The position numbers and the translations under genes are program-made. Below the pieces are notes generated by a model. It did no database searches and had not been told where the DNA came from. It worked only from the letters and a program-made list of their open reading frames with translations. A stretch of DNA of 58,266 nt, from the IMG/VR virus record IMGVR_UViG_3300027782_002369, positions 1-58,266 of that record. One strand, written 5' to 3'. Origin of the DNA: a virus. Lineage: Duplodnaviria > Caudoviricetes. Shown piece after piece: positions 54,468 through 58,266 of this stretch (position 1 is its first letter; the number at the start of each line of letters is the position of its first letter).

Positions 54468-54676
54468 CACAATTTCAAGAATTAGCAAATTTAGCAAGTT
54501 CATACAAACAACAGTATGAAACAGGTCAATTATCGGCCAAAGATTTTAAAGAGTTAATTGAAGATTTAAATATTGCAGACCACATTCAAAGTGAAGCTGC
54601 ACAGTTGGAACAGGATCAATACTATCAATTGGTTTTGGTAAATGCTTTAGATTTAGCCGCTTCATTACCAGTTTAA
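54464..54676 (+). CDS. Hypothetical protein
   Basis: ATGA-coupled at 54464; GQLSAKDFKELIEDL. Confidence 0.7.
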   Translation: MTQFQELANLASSYKQQYETGQLSAKDFKELIEDLNIADHIQSEAAQLEQDQYYQLVLVNALDLAASLPV

Positions 54677-54686
54677 GGAGATTTAA

Positions 54687-54803
54687 ATGACAGATATTCT
54701 ATTTTGGGCAGCAGTTGGTGCTTTTATTGGTTGGAATTTTCCACAGCCATTTTGGGCAAAAGCAATTCAAGCAAAAGTTCTAAGCATGATTTCCAAAAAG
54801 TAA
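54687..54803 (+). CDS. Small membrane peptide (38 aa), not in ORF track
   Basis: AAGGAG RBS; MTDILIWAAVGAFIGWNFPQPFWAK... Confidence 0.7.
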   Translation: MTDILFWAAVGAFIGWNFPQPFWAKAIQAKVLSMISKK

Positions 54804-54807
54804 TTCA

Positions 54808-55431
54808 ATGGAACTGACTAAAGAACAATTAAAGCAATTATTACCAAAGAATCCATACATTGATAACTGGTATGGTGCTCTTTCACAATTGTTACCAGAT
54901 TATGAGATTAATACTCCTCAGCGTATTGCAGCTTTTATTGCACAATGCGCTCATGAATCCGGTGAGTTTACCACACTTAAAGAAAACTTAAATTACAGAG
55001 CACCTACACTCCGTAAGATTTTTCCTAAGTATTTCCCTAATGATGAGATTGCCAACCAATACGCCAGTCTTCCAAACAAACAGGAGGCGATTGCTAACAA
55101 GGTCTACGCTAATCGTATGGGCAACGGCGATGAAGCGTCTGGTGATGGTTTCCGTTACTGTGGTCGTGGTCTAATCCAATTGACAGGTAAAGATAATTAC
55201 ACATGGTTTGCCGCTTCTATTGGTATTACACCAGATGAAGCATCAGAATATCTACAAACATTTGAAGGTGCTGCTCAATCTGCTTGCTGGTTTTGGGAAA
55301 CAAACAATCTAAACCAATGGGCTGATAAAGGCGACATCTTAACATTAACTAAGCGTATCAATGGTGGCACCATTGGACTTGAAGATAGAATTAAACATTA
55401 TGAACACGCTAAACATATTTTGGAGGCATAA
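54808..55431 (+). CDS. Endolysin, glycoside hydrolase family 19
   Basis: RIAAFIAQCAHESG, ENLNY, YANRMGNG, GRGLIQLTG, TKRINGG. Confidence 0.93.
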   Translation: MELTKEQLKQLLPKNPYIDNWYGALSQLLPDYEINTPQRIAAFIAQCAHESGEFTTLKENLNYRAPTLRKIFPKYFPNDEIANQYASLPNKQEAIANKVYANRMGNGDEASGDGFRYCGRGLIQLTGKDNYTWFAASIGITPDEASEYLQTFEGAAQSACWFWETNNLNQWADKGDILTLTKRINGGTIGLEDRIKHYEHAKHILEA

Positions 55432-55886
55432 TGTCAACACAAGAACAAAATATAGATGAACTCTATGTTAAAGTTGGTAAGTTAGAAGAAACGGTTACAT
55501 CATCAGGTAGTAAAGGCGCATTGGTTGAAAAGATGACTTTTGCTGGTATTCCTATTATGTTTAGTTGTATTGTTTATTTGATGTCAGCATTGAGTAGCGC
55601 TAACCATGAACTTACTATTCTTCAAAGTAAAATCAATGTGGTAGTAAATGCTGAAAACAAAGCAATCCCTCCACAAGGAACTACTATTGAAATGGAAAGA
55701 ATTAAAGAAGAAGCTGCTCTTGCACGAGCTGCCATGACTTTAGAAAGAACAAAAGATATGATGGCCATGAAAGAAGAAGCTTCATTAAGCCGTGCTAAAG
55801 TTGCTTCTGATTCAGCTGCAGCTAGAGCCGAATTAGACAAACGTATTTCAATTCTTGAATGGCGTATGAACAAGGCAGGAAAATAA
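55431..55886 (+). CDS. Single-TM coiled-coil protein
   Basis: FAGIPIMFSCIVYLM TM; repeated (I/M)KEEAxLxRA. Confidence 0.7.
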   Translation: MSTQEQNIDELYVKVGKLEETVTSSGSKGALVEKMTFAGIPIMFSCIVYLMSALSSANHELTILQSKINVVVNAENKAIPPQGTTIEMERIKEEAALARAAMTLERTKDMMAMKEEASLSRAKVASDSAAARAELDKRISILEWRMNKAGK

Positions 55887-55887
55887 G

Positions 55888-56169
55888 ATGAACGATAAGA
55901 AGTTAGTCAAGTGGTTACTTTTGTTATTATTGTTACCTCTTGGCTTGGCTTTGTTTAGTGAGGAAAGATTCCGCTATCCTTGCCAAGACCCAGCAAATTG
56001 GGATAAAGAAATTTGCCAAAGACCATTATGTGATGTGACTAGAACTTGTCCAGACCATATCTTTAAAGGACAGCGTGACCCAAAATTAGGACCAACAAAT
56101 GAACCGAATAAAACAACTAATACACCTGTGTCTGGAATGGGCACACAAGGAGCAAACTGTGGAAAATAA
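55888..56169 (+). CDS. Exported Cys-rich small protein
   Basis: Signal-like poly-Leu; RFRYPCQDPANW..C...C....CP. Confidence 0.72.
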   Translation: MNDKKLVKWLLLLLLLPLGLALFSEERFRYPCQDPANWDKEICQRPLCDVTRTCPDHIFKGQRDPKLGPTNEPNKTTNTPVSGMGTQGANCGK

Positions 56170-56611
56170 ACAAACATTCCTTTATACTGAAGAGCAGTTA
56201 ATGGCTCGACTGAAGTTCTTTATTGGTATCTGCTTATCACTTACCTTGTTTGGTATTGTATTTGTTGTGTTGTATTCTTTGATTTTTGTTACACAACCAC
56301 TCAATGCCATTTCACCAATCGACCAAAAGTTTTTTGAGTTGGTTATTCCTATTGCCACATTCTTGACTGGTACATTGTCCGGCATTATGTTGGCTGGTGG
56401 TGATAAAGATGCTCAGAAGATGGCGTTGCAAGCAGCTACAAGACCAACAACAGTATCACCAGCACCAGTAACTCCATCAACATCTTTTGGTGGCATAACA
56501 TCTCCTGCTTTTAATACATCATCGTTTGCACCGGCACCATTTACATCAGGTGTTGTAATGAGTTCAACAGGTAAACCAATGCCTGTCCAACCACCACAGC
56601 CTGAATTATGA
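56159..56611 (+). CDS. Two-TM membrane protein (holin-like candidate)
   Basis: GTG start after AAGGAG; two TM segments, PIATFLTGTLSGIM; Pro-rich tail. Confidence 0.65.
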   Translation: MENKQTFLYTEEQLMARLKFFIGICLSLTLFGIVFVVLYSLIFVTQPLNAISPIDQKFFELVIPIATFLTGTLSGIMLAGGDKDAQKMALQAATRPTTVSPAPVTPSTSFGGITSPAFNTSSFAPAPFTSGVVMSSTGKPMPVQPPQPEL

Positions 56612-56823
56612 ATTGGTTAAACAGTATGCTCTCTGATGGTGTAAATGGCTCTGTTAGCAGTAAGAGAGTCATTACACTATTGGCATTTATTGTATGCGTT
56701 TATGGTTTTATTGCTGACATACACGGATACAAAATAACACCTGTATTATTTGAATCAATGATATATCTTGTAATTGCAGGTCTAGGCTTTACCGCTTCTG
56801 AAAAATTTGCTAAAAAGGAATAA
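56608..56823 (+). CDS. Two-TM holin-like protein
   Basis: SSKRV, two hydrophobic helices, GLGFTASEKFAKKE. Confidence 0.65.
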   Translation: MNWLNSMLSDGVNGSVSSKRVITLLAFIVCVYGFIADIHGYKITPVLFESMIYLVIAGLGFTASEKFAKKE

Positions 56824-56826
56824 AAA

Positions 56827-56991
56827 ATGAAATCATTAATTCTAGCCCTAACATTAGTATTTGCATTACCAACCTTTGCAGCAGAAACAGAAAAAGTTTG
56901 TATTAAGAATGCTCAAGGTAAAGAAACTTGCAAAACAATTAAGGTACATAAAAAATTAGAAGGTACCAAAGTACCAGATAAGAAAAAATAA
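56827..56991 (+). CDS. Small secreted protein (54 aa), not in ORF track
   Basis: Sec signal ending TFA-A; KVC...CKTIKVHKKLEGTKVP; AAGGA RBS. Confidence 0.7.
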   Translation: MKSLILALTLVFALPTFAAETEKVCIKNAQGKETCKTIKVHKKLEGTKVPDKKK

Positions 56992-57410
56992 TGGCAGAAG
57001 AAATTTCAGAAATTAAAGTTGATGTTGGTATATTAAAGACTCAAGTGTTGACTTTATCTGCTCTTTGTAATAAAATGGACCAGGTTATCGAAAAACTGGT
57101 AGACCAGCACGACCGGCACATTAATAAAGTATACGATACAATGGATAACCAAAGAAAAGAAAAAGATATCGAAATCTCCGAAATACACTCACGGGTTGAT
57201 ACGGTATTGGAAAAATTAGATGAATCTGAAAATCGAATAATGAATGAGATAAAAGGTCTTAAAGATACCATGTCCAAACATGCCGAAACATCAAAATCTC
57301 AATATGAGCAGATTAATAAGTGGAAATGGACAATTGTTGGTGGTATACTTGTTATTACATGGTTGTTTTCTAAGATGAATATTGATACAATACTACATCT
57401 AGCTAAATAA
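56991..57410 (+). CDS. Coiled-coil protein with C-terminal TM
   Basis: Heptad pattern; KWKWTIVGGILVITWLF; directly upstream of primase as in other T4-like phages. Confidence 0.75.
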   Translation: MAEEISEIKVDVGILKTQVLTLSALCNKMDQVIEKLVDQHDRHINKVYDTMDNQRKEKDIEISEIHSRVDTVLEKLDESENRIMNEIKGLKDTMSKHAETSKSQYEQINKWKWTIVGGILVITWLFSKMNIDTILHLAK

Positions 57411-57436
57411 ATTTTTACCATTTGAATTGATATATT

Positions 57437-58266
57437 ATGAGCGTTTTTATTGACAGGTCTTTCCTGTTACAAGTTTCACCTAAATTACAGAGGTTCGCCA
57501 AGAAAAAGGACGACCTCTATAATTTTCGGTGTCCGCTTTGTGGCGACTCACAAAAAAATAAACTAAAGTCCCGTGGTTACATTTTTCGTAAGAAGAATGA
57601 CTACTTCTATATGTGCCATAATTGTGGCGTATCCACCACTTTCTATAATTTTCTGAAACAAGTGGATCCAAATCTATTACAAGAGTATCAACTTGAAAGA
57701 TATAAAAATGGAGAAACAGGAAATAACAACTACCCGAAGCCAGATTTCGAGGAGTATAAGCAAGAAACGCCGAAGTTTAAAAAGTCCTTGGAACTTCCAT
57801 CAATCGACAATTTACCAGAGGCGCATTATGCTAAGATGTATGTTCAGCAACGCAGGATTCCGGAGACCTTTTGGTCGCAATTATACTATGCGGAAGATTT
57901 CGCAGCCTTCATACAAAATCTTGGGATTGAGAACGCAGGTCTTAAAGAGAAGGACAGCCGGCTCGTCATACCGTTTTATGATAAAGAGAAGAACCTGGTT
58001 GCACTACAGGGGAGAGCGTTAGGCGAATCCAAGCTTAGATACATAACATTGAAGCTACATGATGACAATAAAAAGATTTATGGGCTTGACAGAATAGATG
58101 AAGATAAATTAATATATGTTGTAGAAGGTCCTATTGATTCCATGTTCTTGGAGAATGCCGTAGCAACAGCAGACTCCAACCTAGAATCAATTACCAACGT
58201 ATTGGACAAGTCCAAGGTTGCGTTAGTATTCGACAACGAGCCTAGGAACAAAGAAATCGTGGCAAA
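57437..58266 (+). CDS. gp61: DNA primase gp61 (3' partial), not in ORF track
   Basis: YNFRCPLCGDSQKNK, YMCHNCG zinc finger, RLVIPF, QGRAL, VVEGPIDSMFL, FDNEPRN. Confidence 0.97.
   Translation, partial: MSVFIDRSFLLQVSPKLQRFAKKKDDLYNFRCPLCGDSQKNKLKSRGYIFRKKNDYFYMCHNCGVSTTFYNFLKQVDPNLLQEYQLERYKNGETGNNNYPKPDFEEYKQETPKFKKSLELPSIDNLPEAHYAKMYVQQRRIPETFWSQLYYAEDFAAFIQNLGIENAGLKEKDSRLVIPFYDKEKNLVALQGRALGESKLRYITLKLHDDNKKIYGLDRIDEDKLIYVVEGPIDSMFLENAVATADSNLESITNVLDKSKVALVFDNEPRNKEIVA

Noticed and set aside
57693-58022. 109-aa +1-frame ORF inside primase
   Set aside because: TTG start, no clear RBS or protein character; such frames arise from codon bias in the real gene
1-58266. CRISPR array, integrase, transposase or rRNA
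   Set aside because: No regularly spaced repeats or recognisable motifs seen by eye
1-58266. Stop-codon reassignment
   Set aside because: Core genes are full length under the standard code and TAA, TGA and TAG all end genes at expected positions

Overview
A 58 kb segment of a T4-like (Tevenvirinae-related, cyanophage/pelagiphage-style) myovirus genome, AT-rich and almost entirely + strand. Spanins, a GH19 endolysin and sigma70-type promoters point to a Gram-negative host; a freshwater betaproteobacterium is a guess only. Gene order: head genes (gp21 partial, gp22, gp23), gp3, uvsY, uvsW, gp55, gp47/gp46, peptide deformylase, clamp and loader (gp45/44/62), regA, hsp20, dCMP deaminase, a tRNA-containing accessory block, gp43, uvsX, gp41, an HNH-AP2 endonuclease, an 11 kb sugar-biosynthesis/glycosyltransferase island, a block of probable capsid-packaged internal proteins, a lysis cluster and gp61 primase (partial). 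The most unusual signals are: (1) an unannotated 55-aa basic ORF whose 3' end folds into a 21-bp RNA stem, the architecture of the arfA ribosome-rescue gene; (2) a 67-nt minimal tRNA-Gly mimic beside a normal tRNA-Gly, in a genome with two DUF4338/DruA (possibly Mom-like) paralogs; (3) a rubredoxin + Fe-dioxygenase + B12-radical-SAM cassette between tRNAs; (4) a His-rich ligase-motif protein and an HxGH nucleotidyltransferase-kinase carrying T4-like capsid-targeting N-termini; (5) a ROSE-type RNA thermometer on hsp20; (6) an overprinted histone-H1-like gene. All family assignments come from motif recognition by eye, not database searches.
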